A DNA stretch of 64,000 nt from an uncultured Spirochaetota bacterium (GTDB lineage: Bacteria; Spirochaetota; Brevinematia; Brevinematales; JAOACQ01), in assembly GCA_963768055.1 (NCBI GenBank), contig CAVYGN010000002.1, positions 1,472,001 through 1,536,000 of the forward strand. Reading direction: 5' to 3'. Below, piece by piece: positions 38,792 to 48,428 of this stretch. Under the pieces are notes generated by a model. The model did not search any database, was not told where the DNA came from, and saw nothing but the letters and a program-made list of their open reading frames with translations. A program made the position numbers and the translations under genes. Each line of letters begins with the position of its first letter. The stretch's first letter is position 1.

Positions 38792-41413
38792 ATGAACGAT
38801 AAAGAAATCTTAGGCGAGATTACAGGAATCCCCGTAACCGGGGACAGGAAAAATTTTATAGAATCGATAAAAAAAATCGAAAAGTTCATCTTCGATTACT
38901 TAAAATTGGAAGTGACCGCCGGCTGGTCATTCGGCAAAGGAATAAAGACCTCTAATGAGCTCTCATTATTCAGGGACTGCATCATTGAAAGAGTGATAGA
39001 GTTTTCGGGCGGAATACCTGAAGGGATAGCGCTAATGGCCGTAGGCGGATACGGAAGGAGCGAACTTTCTCCCTATTCGGATATAGATCTTCTTATCCTT
39101 CATACCGAAAGGGCGCCCGTCGAAAAATTTGTGCATGAATTCGTTACTATTTTATGGGATTGCGGCTATCATATGAGCTACAGCGTCAGGACCCTTGACA
39201 ATATGTCTCTTCACGCCAGGGAAGACATAGAGTTCCTTACAAGTCTTTTCGAGGCCAGATTTCTTAAAGGTGACAATAATCTTTACAGGGGGATGGAGAA
39301 AGCCCTTAAAAAGCTGATCGTTTCATTCAGGGTGAGCTACCTTAAATCTCAAATGGAACAGTTGAATTCTCTGATCGGGGATCCTGCCAATGAGATTCTT
39401 TTAAAGGAGCCCGATATAAAAAAAGGCATCGGCGGTTTAAGGAGCGTGCACCTCATGGAATGGCTGAATTTCGCTTTCACCCTTCATAAAGGGCTGGCAG
39501 GTTTAAAAGTTACCCTCCCGTTGTTGTATTACAAAAAAACGTTTGCCGCTTATGATTTCCTTTTATTCATCCGCTGCGTTCTTCATCTTGAGAGCAGGCG
39601 CAAAAACGATCGTTTCCAGATGGGCGACCAGTTTTCAATTTCCGGCCTGTTTTTTCCTTCCAGTGAAGAAGAGGCAAGGGCCTCTAAATTGATGAAAAAG
39701 TATTACGGCAAATCCGAAGACATATTTTTGTCTCTGCTGTTCGTTATCGACGAATTCCATCTAAAATATATAAAAGGTGTAAAAAACCTGAAAGGGGAAC
39801 ATGGGAATACCATCGAAGGCCATTATGCGATTTTCAACAAGCGTTTCTATATAAGGGAAGGGACGGATTTTTCGGCTCAAAACGCTTTTCAGGCTGTATA
39901 TATCTACTGTAAAAAGGAGTGTGTTTTTACCTTCAGCATGGTTCATTATTTAAAGGAATGCGCAAGAAGGATGGACGACGGCGACAGAAAATCCAGGGAT
40001 ATTTTTTACCTGTTCAGGAAGATACTTTCCCTCGATAATGCGGCCGCCGCGCTTATCGTAATGAAATATTCGGGACTTCTTTACGAATATCTGTACCCTT
40101 TTAAAAAAATCAGGCACCTGATCGTATACAACCCCTATCATCAATTTACAGTTGACGAACATGCCCTTGAATCTGTTCATGCTTTGGGAATATTGAACTC
40201 AAAAGCGAACGATCAAAAAAACAAGTATAAATACCCCCATTTTACGGAGATCAGCGCTTTTTATAAGAAAAATATATGGCTTATCAGGCTGTCGCTTCTG
40301 CTTCATGATATCGGCAAGGCTTACGGCGGCGATCATCCGAAAAACGGTGTTGAAATGGCAGCCGATCTTTTTAAGCTTCTTCCTGTTAAAACCATGGAAC
40401 GGGAGCTTGTCCTCTTCCTTATAGACAACCATCTTCTGCTTTCCAATATTATAAGAAGAAGCAATATCACCGATCCGGCTCTTCTCAGGGACCTGGCTGC
40501 AAGATTTATAATGACGCCGTTTCCAGGCGAATATTTCGATTACCTTTATATTATTACTTATTGCGATATCTATGCCACAAAACCCACAAATTTCAAAAGC
40601 TACCTGGCGGAACTCATGTCATTATTATACAGAAATGTAATTCCATATTTAGGGCTGAATAAAAACCTTTCCGCCCAGGTTTATGAAAGCCCGGACCCAT
40701 CCGGGGAAATAGGGCAATTCATCAGGGAAATGGGATTATCTTATTCAGTACAGAACCAGGAAAATGAAATTCGAGACGATTATATTGTTTTAGGTTCTTT
40801 AAATGAAACGGAAATACAGATTAAAGTCAGGAGTTATAATGATTATTTCAAGGTGAAAATGTTCGCTTTCGATAAAAAAGGGCTTTTTTCCTTTTTCTGC
40901 GGCGTACTTACCCTTAACGGGGCTGATATCGTAAGAGCGGAAGTAAATACATACAAAGGGACCGCGATCGACGAATTTACCGTCACGAGAATTTTCGGTA
41001 TAGATTTTATGGAAAAAATGAAAGATGAACTCGACCTGTGGTCAAGGGACCTCGAGAGGCTGATAAAGACTTATCAATTCGATGAAGCCGGCCTTAAGTT
41101 TGCTATTGAGGCGATGAAAAAAAAGATCAAAAACCCCCCTGCGGTCTTTTTCAGAAAATCGGAAATCCATATTGAAATAAAAGGCGGCAGAGCATTTATG
41201 ATGGAGATTTCGGGCATGGACAGGCCGGCCCTTTTATTCGATGCTGCCGGTTTTATTTCGAAAAAGGGCATCGAAATTCAGAGCGCCCATATCGATACTA
41301 TGGGCTGGTATGTTCATGATATATTCGAACTTAACTCAAGCGCCGGCCTGGATGAAAATGAGAGGAAGAGGATAATTGAGGGGCTTGCTGAGATACTGAA
41401 TCAAGATAAATAG
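38792..41413 (+). CDS. glnD: P-II uridylyltransferase/uridylyl-removing enzyme
   Basis: AVGGYGRSELSPYSDIDL (NT domain), EPDIKKGIGGLR, YHQFTVDEH, LLHDIGK (HD), two ACT domains (DKKGLF, DRPALL). Confidence 0.9.
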   Translation: MNDKEILGEITGIPVTGDRKNFIESIKKIEKFIFDYLKLEVTAGWSFGKGIKTSNELSLFRDCIIERVIEFSGGIPEGIALMAVGGYGRSELSPYSDIDLLILHTERAPVEKFVHEFVTILWDCGYHMSYSVRTLDNMSLHAREDIEFLTSLFEARFLKGDNNLYRGMEKALKKLIVSFRVSYLKSQMEQLNSLIGDPANEILLKEPDIKKGIGGLRSVHLMEWLNFAFTLHKGLAGLKVTLPLLYYKKTFAAYDFLLFIRCVLHLESRRKNDRFQMGDQFSISGLFFPSSEEEARASKLMKKYYGKSEDIFLSLLFVIDEFHLKYIKGVKNLKGEHGNTIEGHYAIFNKRFYIREGTDFSAQNAFQAVYIYCKKECVFTFSMVHYLKECARRMDDGDRKSRDIFYLFRKILSLDNAAAALIVMKYSGLLYEYLYPFKKIRHLIVYNPYHQFTVDEHALESVHALGILNSKANDQKNKYKYPHFTEISAFYKKNIWLIRLSLLLHDIGKAYGGDHPKNGVEMAADLFKLLPVKTMERELVLFLIDNHLLLSNIIRRSNITDPALLRDLAARFIMTPFPGEYFDYLYIITYCDIYATKPTNFKSYLAELMSLLYRNVIPYLGLNKNLSAQVYESPDPSGEIGQFIREMGLSYSVQNQENEIRDDYIVLGSLNETEIQIKVRSYNDYFKVKMFAFDKKGLFSFFCGVLTLNGADIVRAEVNTYKGTAIDEFTVTRIFGIDFMEKMKDELDLWSRDLERLIKTYQFDEAGLKFAIEAMKKKIKNPPAVFFRKSEIHIEIKGGRAFMMEISGMDRPALLFDAAGFISKKGIEIQSAHIDTMGWYVHDIFELNSSAGLDENERKRIIEGLAEILNQDK

Positions 41414-41691
41414 ATTACAAATTTAAACCACAGATTCCACTGATGAAAAATCCTCTTTCGTGGGTAATGACAAAGAAGTTAATCGGGAATTAACCGCAAA
41501 GCCGCCAGAGGGATTGTCCTGTAAGGACGCAATGTGGTTTGCTATTACTATATCATAACTATCTGGTTCCCATCGGCTAATTTGACAAGAACCGGGGCGT
41601 GAAATAAAATTTCTCCGGAATGTAAATATCTCTTATTGATAGAATTTCGATAATAATACACGGCACAACTATCTTGTTTAGGGAGGTTTTT

Positions 41692-42528
41692 TTGAGTATT
41701 AATATTTATTATTTTTCTGGTACAGGTAATTCATATTTTGTTGCAAGGGATATAGCAAAAAATACTGGCGGAAAACTTATTTCGATAGCTTCTGTTTCGG
41801 ATAAAGAAAACATCACCGCAGAATCAGGCATAATTGGAATAATATTTCCCCGTTATTATGGTTATGAGATCGGAATGCCTCTAATGGTAAGAAATTTCAT
41901 ATTAAAACTAGAGAATATTGAATCCAAATATATTTTTGCGATGTGCATTTATGGGGCCGGATTTGGCGATATTTTTATTATAATAGATAAACTGATTAAA
42001 TCGCGCGGAGGTAAACTGTCAGCCGGTTACGGAGTGCCTATGCCTCAAAATGCGTTTAATAAGCCGTGGGTAAAAAATATGAGGTTATTTCAAAAATGGG
42101 ATGAGAGGAAGGAAATAATTTGTAATAATATTAAATCAAAGAAAATTAAAAAATTCGACAAAACCGGTTTTTTATTGAGGCTGCTTACTGTGGTTTTATC
42201 ACCGGTATTAAAGCCAACGGTTAAGCAAAGTATGGCCAAATGTGCAAATTTAACTGAGGATCAACCTTTTGAAAGAATAATACATTTTGCGGACAATAGT
42301 TTCAAATTAGACGAACAGTGCAACGGCTGCGGCATCTGCTTAAAAGTATGCCCGGCAGGCAATATTAAAATAATCGCTAACAAACCTTTATGGCAGCACC
42401 ATTGTGAAAATTGCCTGGCTTGTTTTAACTGGTGTCCAAATAACGCTATTCATAGCACTATAACCTTGAATAATTATCATTATCACCATCCTGAAGTAAA
42501 GGCATCTGATATGTTCATATTGAAATAA
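41692..42528 (+). CDS. EFR1-family ferredoxin (flavodoxin-like plus 2x[4Fe-4S])
   Basis: YYFSGTGNS, CNGCGICLKVCP, CENCLACFNWCP, YHHP. TTG start after GGGAGG. Confidence 0.88.
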   Translation: MSINIYYFSGTGNSYFVARDIAKNTGGKLISIASVSDKENITAESGIIGIIFPRYYGYEIGMPLMVRNFILKLENIESKYIFAMCIYGAGFGDIFIIIDKLIKSRGGKLSAGYGVPMPQNAFNKPWVKNMRLFQKWDERKEIICNNIKSKKIKKFDKTGFLLRLLTVVLSPVLKPTVKQSMAKCANLTEDQPFERIIHFADNSFKLDEQCNGCGICLKVCPAGNIKIIANKPLWQHHCENCLACFNWCPNNAIHSTITLNNYHYHHPEVKASDMFILK

Positions 42529-42571
42529 ACATAAAATAAATAAAGATGGTACTTCTTTGTTAAAATGCGAA

Positions 42572-44272
42572 TTGCCTGTCGTTTAATACAATTTAAAAAA
42601 ACAGGGATTCTCTTACGATATCATGCTTAAATTTTTGAAAAAGTTTGGTCAGCCCTCGGATAAATTCCAAAGATTGAAACAGCTTTTTTATAATGGTTGA
42701 AATCCTACCAAATTCCCTCCTATTTCCTCATATAGTTGATATAACGACACATATTCTGTGCCAGAACCGCCCAGCAGAGGTCCATCCTGACATTTGACTT
42801 TCCCCGGTAATAAGTCTGTTGAAAGTTACGCTGGTTTTTTATGTTTGCATGAACATGTTCTTTACCTATTCGTTTCGAGTATATTTTTTGACCTTCCTCG
42901 CTTCGGAATTTATTCATGTATTTTTCTATCTTATCCCAATTTTCAACCTCGAATCTATAATACGAAACTGTCTTATGTAAAGTCGTTTCCTTCGTCTTAC
43001 TATAACATTCTGGCATGAAAGGACAACCCTTACACTTTTTGCGGTCAAACAGGAATGAGAAACTATTGGTTCTCTTATTCCAATATCCCTTTGTTTCCTT
43101 ATTATTACGACATTTGAGTTTATATTGTCCCTCTGTATTTATTAACTTAAAATTTTTCCGCTTTTCGGATTTATCGCAGAAATCCCTTTCCCTGACATCA
43201 ATATACATATCAAGCCCTTTATCCTCGAGCTTGAGTGTTTTTTCCATGTTTTGAAATCCCCAATCAAATAAATATTTGCTTTCTTCTTCAGCTCCAAAAT
43301 CCTTCTTAAGCTCTTCAACCCCATTGACCAATTCTTCTGTATAATTACATTCCTTTTCATAAGTGATTACATCAAAATCAAGAACAACATCATTATTGCT
43401 TAACATAAGCAGCGCATTATACCCCTGGATATATCCATCTTTCGAACCTGACACTGTCAAACCACTATCCGGATCTGTTAGATTAACCCGTTTCTTTTCA
43501 GATTTTTTGTTCGTTTCATCATCTTCGATGCATTTATTCATCTTGGAAATAGCCTTTTCAATTTTTCGCTTCTGTCTGATAATGCGCATCTTTTTCGCAT
43601 CATGCTCTTTAGGGTCGATTTTACCCTCTTCGAAATCTTTTTCAAGTTCAATATCCCGTTCAACTATCTTGTCAGCCGTCTCGTGATATGCTTCAAGAAG
43701 TTTTTGTATGAATCCCCTGCCTATGTTCTGGCCTTTACTCGCATAAGCCTTAATCTTAGTTCCGTCGCCTGCAACAATGCTCCAGTCTATCATTTCAATT
43801 TCATTCATTACATAAAGCATTTTGCTGAAAACATTTTTAATCTGTTCCCGAAATTTAATCTTGAAATTACAAATGATCGAATGATCAATCTTAAGACAAT
43901 TAGAGATATACATGAACCCGATGTGAGTTTTCAGGAGTTCTTCGATCTTGCGGCTTGAACGGTTTCCTGTAATGTAACCGTAAAGGATTGCCGCGACGAC
44001 ATCTTGAGGATTTTTGATTTTACGGCCAGTATGATCGTTCTTGTATTCTTCTTCAAAATCTTCAATTTTTACATTTTTCTGAATAAACTCTTTTATAATA
44101 TATTCACGGCTATCCGGATCAAACTGATCTTCAAGTTGGATAGATAAAAACAATCCCTGGCTGCTTGTATTATGCTCGAAGTTTGCCATAGATTACTCCC
44201 GTTTTTCTTACATTTATTATAACGGGATGAGGTCTCAATGTACATGGGTTATTGATAAAAAACGACAGGCAA
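42572..44272 (-). mobile_element. IS1182-family insertion sequence
   Basis: 13-bp terminal IRs TTGCCTGTCGTTT (42572) / AAACGACAGGCAA (ends 44272) flank the transposase. No clear target duplication. Confidence 0.75.
42720..44189 (-). CDS. IS1182-family DDE transposase
   Basis: LYGY..G.RSSRKIE, DHSIICNF, DGTKIKAYAS, NLTDPDS, GYIQGYN, CKGCP, EHVHANIK, RGKSNV. Confidence 0.88.
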   Translation of the reverse strand: MANFEHNTSSQGLFLSIQLEDQFDPDSREYIIKEFIQKNVKIEDFEEEYKNDHTGRKIKNPQDVVAAILYGYITGNRSSRKIEELLKTHIGFMYISNCLKIDHSIICNFKIKFREQIKNVFSKMLYVMNEIEMIDWSIVAGDGTKIKAYASKGQNIGRGFIQKLLEAYHETADKIVERDIELEKDFEEGKIDPKEHDAKKMRIIRQKRKIEKAISKMNKCIEDDETNKKSEKKRVNLTDPDSGLTVSGSKDGYIQGYNALLMLSNNDVVLDFDVITYEKECNYTEELVNGVEELKKDFGAEEESKYLFDWGFQNMEKTLKLEDKGLDMYIDVRERDFCDKSEKRKNFKLINTEGQYKLKCRNNKETKGYWNKRTNSFSFLFDRKKCKGCPFMPECYSKTKETTLHKTVSYYRFEVENWDKIEKYMNKFRSEEGQKIYSKRIGKEHVHANIKNQRNFQQTYYRGKSNVRMDLCWAVLAQNMCRYINYMRK

Positions 44273-44531
44273 CGTATGTTTTAACAAGCAGGTCACTTTG
44301 AACAGGGCATTTATAAAAAAAGTGAAAATCCGGATAACTACACCATAGGAAAGTAAGAGAAAATTATCTTGGCTTAAAATCGATAAAATCTTGGCTGGCG
44401 ACAGAGTTTAAAAAAAACATCTTTTATAGGAGTTAAATAAATGGATGATACACTCTCCGTGCCTCTGTGTGAAAATTACCTGCGAAAGCATCTGATTAAA
44501 TAAAGGATGAGGCTGATGTCATTATGGATCG

Positions 44532-45008
44532 TTATTTAATTTTCAGGTACATATGCTGAACGTATGGAATAAAACCCATTTTTTTCCAGAAGTTCATCGA
44601 TTTATCATTCTTTATCGATGTAAACAGCTCTATCTGTTTTATACTTTTCGATTTAAACCAGCGAACAGCTTCGGCGAAAAGAAGTTCGCCCGCGCCCATC
44701 CGCTGGTATTTTTCCAGAATGCCCATATTATCTATATAACCGTATTCCGGATCGGGATAAACCGGCGGTTTCTGCTTGAGCATTCCAAGGCAATAGCCGA
44801 TGACTTCGGACCGGTATTCCGCCACAAGAACTATCGAGGAATCCGAATCCAAGTTATCTTTAATATATTTTTCGAATAATAAATCATGGTTTTCAACCCG
44901 GATAAATTGCGGATCGAGGTTGTAATGGTATTCTGCAAATTCCCTGAATATCATCCTGATCCCGGTTAAATCGGATGATCTGCACTTTCGAATAATAATA
45001 TCTTTCGT
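44532..45008 (-). CDS. GNAT-family N-acetyltransferase (apparent ACG start)
   Basis: YQRMGAG acetyl-CoA motif, N..SMNFWKKMGF. The frame continues 18 codons upstream of ATG 44954 to an ACG 7 nt after AGGAG. Confidence 0.8.
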   Translation of the reverse strand, partial: TKDIIIRKCRSSDLTGIRMIFREFAEYHYNLDPQFIRVENHDLLFEKYIKDNLDSDSSIVLVAEYRSEVIGYCLGMLKQKPPVYPDPEYGYIDNMGILEKYQRMGAGELLFAEAVRWFKSKSIKQIELFTSIKNDKSMNFWKKMGFIPYVQHMYLKIK

Positions 45009-45020
45009 AAAAATGCTCCT

Positions 45021-45377
45021 TTAAGACGCCGCGAAGGACGAAGTTTCCACCGGAATATAACCCGCGCTTTCCATCAGGCGGTCTATCTGGTAAAAACTCC
45101 GTCTTTCTTCGAGAAATACATGTATTATTATGTCGCCGAAATCCAGCAGGCACCAGCCTCCATGCCATTCTTCCATGCCGTTTTTTAAGCCGATTCCGTT
45201 GTTTTTCATCTGCCTTATGAGATTATTCCTGACCGCTTCAAGCTGGATTATGCTCTCTGCCGTCGAGATGAAAAAATAATTGGCCAGGATGGAGTTGCCG
45301 TTCGAATTGAATATTTTAATATCAAGTAATTTCAACCGGTTCATTTCTTTCAATATTTCCAGGATAAGGTCCATCAA
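45021..45377 (-). CDS. rsfS: Ribosome silencing factor RsfS (Iojap)
   Basis: ANYFFISTA, GWCLLDFGDIIIHVF...RSFYQIDRL. Confidence 0.88.
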   Translation of the reverse strand: MMDLILEILKEMNRLKLLDIKIFNSNGNSILANYFFISTAESIIQLEAVRNNLIRQMKNNGIGLKNGMEEWHGGWCLLDFGDIIIHVFLEERRSFYQIDRLMESAGYIPVETSSFAAS

Positions 45378-45386
45378 TTGCCCCGA

Positions 45387-46175
45387 TTAAAATTTCGCCA
45401 GGGTATGCGATAAAGCGTAAGGATCCATTTCTTTCATTACAACTCCGTTATAGATCTGGAGGAGGTCCGGCACCGACAGACCGGATAATCCGCTCGTCTT
45501 TCCGATTGTTTCAAGTTCCTGGGCGGAAGCGGGGTTATTCCGGATATCTGCGGACAGTTTTTGAGCCGCGGCTGCAATGTTTCCCGCTTTAAAATCGGCA
45601 AGGGCGCCGCAGCCTTTTAATAATTTGAGAAGGTAATAAACAAGCTCCTTTTGGGTGGCTTCCGGGAATATTGTGTGCCTGAGGAATGAATAAACCTGTT
45701 CATCTGAAAATCCGTACATGCGGTATTCGGTTTTAAGAGAATCCACGAGCCTTTTGAAGGAATCGTTTTTTTTGTACATCAGGCTGTAAGAAACCATAAA
45801 ATTAGTATTTAAGGCAAATCCCTTTTGGGTATCGGGATCGAGCATTTTCATAAATATATAATAATTGTCCCTGTTCAGTTCTTTTAATATTACTTCCCTG
45901 AAAAAATGAGAAGTCTGAAACGCATCGAATGTAGATATAGCCTCGTAATACTGGATATCTTTCCACTTGGCGTATAGATTTTTATCGCTTATTAGGCGAG
46001 GATTTAGCGAAGCTGCCAGTTTATCAAGTTCCCCGGAGGCAAAATACACCTTTTCCTGACTGTCAAGCAAAAAATAAAATCTGTCGAACCTTAATTTGTA
46101 TCTGTATTTTTCAGTTGTAATGGAACATCCGAGAAATAGACCCGAGATGATCAGGACGGTTATTATTTTAGCCAT
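45387..46175 (-). CDS. Hypothetical lipoprotein
   Basis: Lipobox-like FLGC after a hydrophobic signal. Confidence 0.65.
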   Translation of the reverse strand: MAKIITVLIISGLFLGCSITTEKYRYKLRFDRFYFLLDSQEKVYFASGELDKLAASLNPRLISDKNLYAKWKDIQYYEAISTFDAFQTSHFFREVILKELNRDNYYIFMKMLDPDTQKGFALNTNFMVSYSLMYKKNDSFKRLVDSLKTEYRMYGFSDEQVYSFLRHTIFPEATQKELVYYLLKLLKGCGALADFKAGNIAAAAQKLSADIRNNPASAQELETIGKTSGLSGLSVPDLLQIYNGVVMKEMDPYALSHTLAKF

Positions 46176-46208
46176 TTAGCGCTCCTTCCACGGCCTTATA
46201 AACAGGCA

Positions 46209-46931
46209 TTATTCATTTTGTTCAGGCTGTTCATTATTCGGCAGGAGAATATTTTCATATTGCTGGGTATTTTCATCGGGTTTATAATCGAAATTATCAT
46301 CGGATACAGGCTGATTGATGCTGGAAGCATTATAACTTATGCCCATTTCTACCGTATTTCCCAATTGATTCTGGGCTTCAACCTTTAATATATCTCCTTC
46401 AAGGCCGGCTATCATATTTATATATTTGAAACCTGCAGTATTGCTTTTAGGTATGAAAATGATCTTGTAGCATTCCGTGTTCTTATAACTTACCATATAA
46501 TTTGTTTTCGGTAATGTCGGAACGTATTCTTTTAACAGCCTGTCGATATTCCAGCCGACAAGAGGGCTTTTTTTATCCTTTTCCAGCGTTTCATTGATAG
46601 CTATGTTCTGGTCCTTGAAAACGAGCCACAGGTTTTTGCCGTCGGATATGAATTTTTGACCGGTTTCCACACTGGCACCTGTAGACGACTTTCCGTAAAA
46701 AGACATGATAAATTTGTCGGGAGCCTTATATTCTATAACGCCTCCGAATGTTTTATTATTAAATGAGTAAGTAAAAGAGCCTGAAAAGGTCCTCGTCTGC
46801 ACTATTTTTTCTTTTATGATCCGGATGATGTCCATTGGGGCTGCAACCGCAATTTTCTTTGCCGAAACAGGCACGATGGAACCTATGACCAGCACAAGGG
46901 CGGTAAAGAACACCGTTCGGTATCTGAACAT
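46209..46931 (-). CDS. lolA: Outer-membrane lipoprotein carrier LolA-like protein
   Basis: Signal peptide, YKAPDKF, FISDGKNLW, DDNFDYKP. Confidence 0.75.
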   Translation of the reverse strand: MFRYRTVFFTALVLVIGSIVPVSAKKIAVAAPMDIIRIIKEKIVQTRTFSGSFTYSFNNKTFGGVIEYKAPDKFIMSFYGKSSTGASVETGQKFISDGKNLWLVFKDQNIAINETLEKDKKSPLVGWNIDRLLKEYVPTLPKTNYMVSYKNTECYKIIFIPKSNTAGFKYINMIAGLEGDILKVEAQNQLGNTVEMGISYNASSINQPVSDDNFDYKPDENTQQYENILLPNNEQPEQNE

Positions 46932-46949
46932 GCTTTTCTCCTAAAAATG

Positions 46950-47033
46950 TGCCGGGGACGGGACTTGAACCCACACAGGCGTGAACCTACTAGAACCTGA
47001 ATCTAGCGCGTCTGCCAATTCCGCCACCCCGGC
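46950..47033 (-). tRNA. tRNA-Leu(CAG)
   Basis: GCCGGGG acceptor stem, D-loop TGGCAGAC, anticodon arm CTAGA-TTCAGGT-TCTAG, long variable arm, GGTTCAAGTCC T-arm. CCA is not encoded. Confidence 0.96.
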
Positions 47034-47100
47034 ATTTTGAACCGGAACCATTTTAAATTAAATTTGAAGATTTATCAATATTTGGGAATCGATTCGAATT

Positions 47101-47164
47101 AGTCGCCAGTCTGCAGTCTGCAGTCTATAGTGCACTGTTGACTATCGACTATTGACTTTCGACT
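47101..47164. repeat. Inverted heptamer tandem arrays (AGTCTGC)n / (GACTATY)n
   Basis: AGTCGCC AGTCTGC AGTCTGC AGTCTAT ... GACTATC GACTATT GACTTTC GACT. Confidence 0.7.
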
Positions 47165-47283
47165 TAAGGGCAGTTCTAATAACTAGCATTATTAATAACA
47201 ATTATAATGCTGGTTAATATATAATCTGCCCTATGGGCACTACCTTACCGACGCGAAGCGGAGGTTTTTAGAAGTGCCCTTAA
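47164..47283. mobile_element. MITE-like repeat, copy F (inverted orientation)
   Basis: TTAA-GGGCAGTTCTAATAAC ... GTTTTTAGAAGTGCCC-TTAA; contains the reverse complement of AAGGTAGTGCCCATAGGGC. Confidence 0.82.
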
Positions 47284-47287
47284 CATG

Positions 47288-47881
47288 CTACCGGATAAAA
47301 ATAGCGTTTATAACCAGCGATGGCAGCGACGAAATAAAGAAAACCATAGCGCTGCAGAGAGGATCCATTTTATAGGCCTTAATGAGGACTATAATGGATA
47401 ATAGCATTGCCCATAATTCGGGTAATATAAAAAGGCTGAGGACTTCGGCAAACCATGGCAGCCGGAAGAAAAAAAGTTTCGGCGCCAGTGTTAAAATGAA
47501 GGACGGAGTCAGAAGCGCGAATACCTGAGCCGGGAAAGCCTTTTCGAAGTTTCCCTTTCCTCCCATGATTCTTGCAAGGATCGCCGAAAGCGCGGAGTAT
47601 GAAAGGACGCCTGCGGATATTGCCGGAAACGCGCTAAAAGCCTGCAGGAGATAAAGGTTACCCGGATTTACGGCAAGGAACGGTTTCAGGGGCGTTTTCA
47701 TGCCTGTGAAAAAATACAACAGGGAAATGATTGAAAGGCACAAGCAGTATATGAGCATGAAGGAAAAACCGGGTAAAAGGCCTCCCCTGTCGCACAATAA
47801 TTCATCCGCAAAAACCCGGGGTTTTATGGCAAAACCGATGAAAAAATGCAGAGTCTTTAATAATATATTTTTTATTGTCAT
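47288..47881 (-). CDS. Yip1-domain-like membrane protein
   Basis: Five hydrophobic segments; KP..F near the N-terminus, ARIMGGKGNF. Confidence 0.7.
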   Translation of the reverse strand: MTIKNILLKTLHFFIGFAIKPRVFADELLCDRGGLLPGFSFMLIYCLCLSIISLLYFFTGMKTPLKPFLAVNPGNLYLLQAFSAFPAISAGVLSYSALSAILARIMGGKGNFEKAFPAQVFALLTPSFILTLAPKLFFFRLPWFAEVLSLFILPELWAMLLSIIVLIKAYKMDPLCSAMVFFISSLPSLVINAIFIR

Positions 47882-48273
47882 TTTCTTTTATGGGGCCTGT
47901 CAGGTTTGCTCCAGATCTTAGCCAGGGTTTTCAGCATAAGATCGGCTTCTTCAATTTCCTGAGCAAAGCTTGTGTGAGGGGTCAATGTTTTTTTATATTT
48001 TTCGATTGCCGTTCTTACATTGTCAATGACCGCCAGATCTTCCTGAGTGATGATCCTTCCGCCCTTTGTAGCGTCCTCGATCCATTGAATCAGTATCCCG
48101 GCTTCCAATAGGGACAATTCGATCGACTTTCCTGAATTCCCGATCATAATAGCGAGGTTCTGGTGTTCCGGGATCGTAACCTCGGCATCGCCCCAATGAC
48201 CCTGGTGAAGGTCGGCTTCTGCATATTTGAGGAGCCTGTTCTTTATAATATCGTTGATCAAAATGTTAATCAT
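47878..48273 (-). CDS. Hypothetical protein
   Basis: ORF with GGGAG RBS before ATG 48273; overlaps the Yip1 start by ATGA. Confidence 0.6.
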   Translation of the reverse strand: MINILINDIIKNRLLKYAEADLHQGHWGDAEVTIPEHQNLAIMIGNSGKSIELSLLEAGILIQWIEDATKGGRIITQEDLAVIDNVRTAIEKYKKTLTPHTSFAQEIEEADLMLKTLAKIWSKPDRPHKRK

Positions 48274-48428
48274 TGTTCTCCCCATACCTTCATCATCATA
48301 AGTTTTTTGCGAACAGATTCTTAAATATATTTTATATCGTGCAATCAGTTTTAGCAAAATTTTGAAAAAAAACTGTATTCCGATTATATTATTCGACGGG
48401 GGAGTCGATATGCCTTGCGTGCCTTTTT

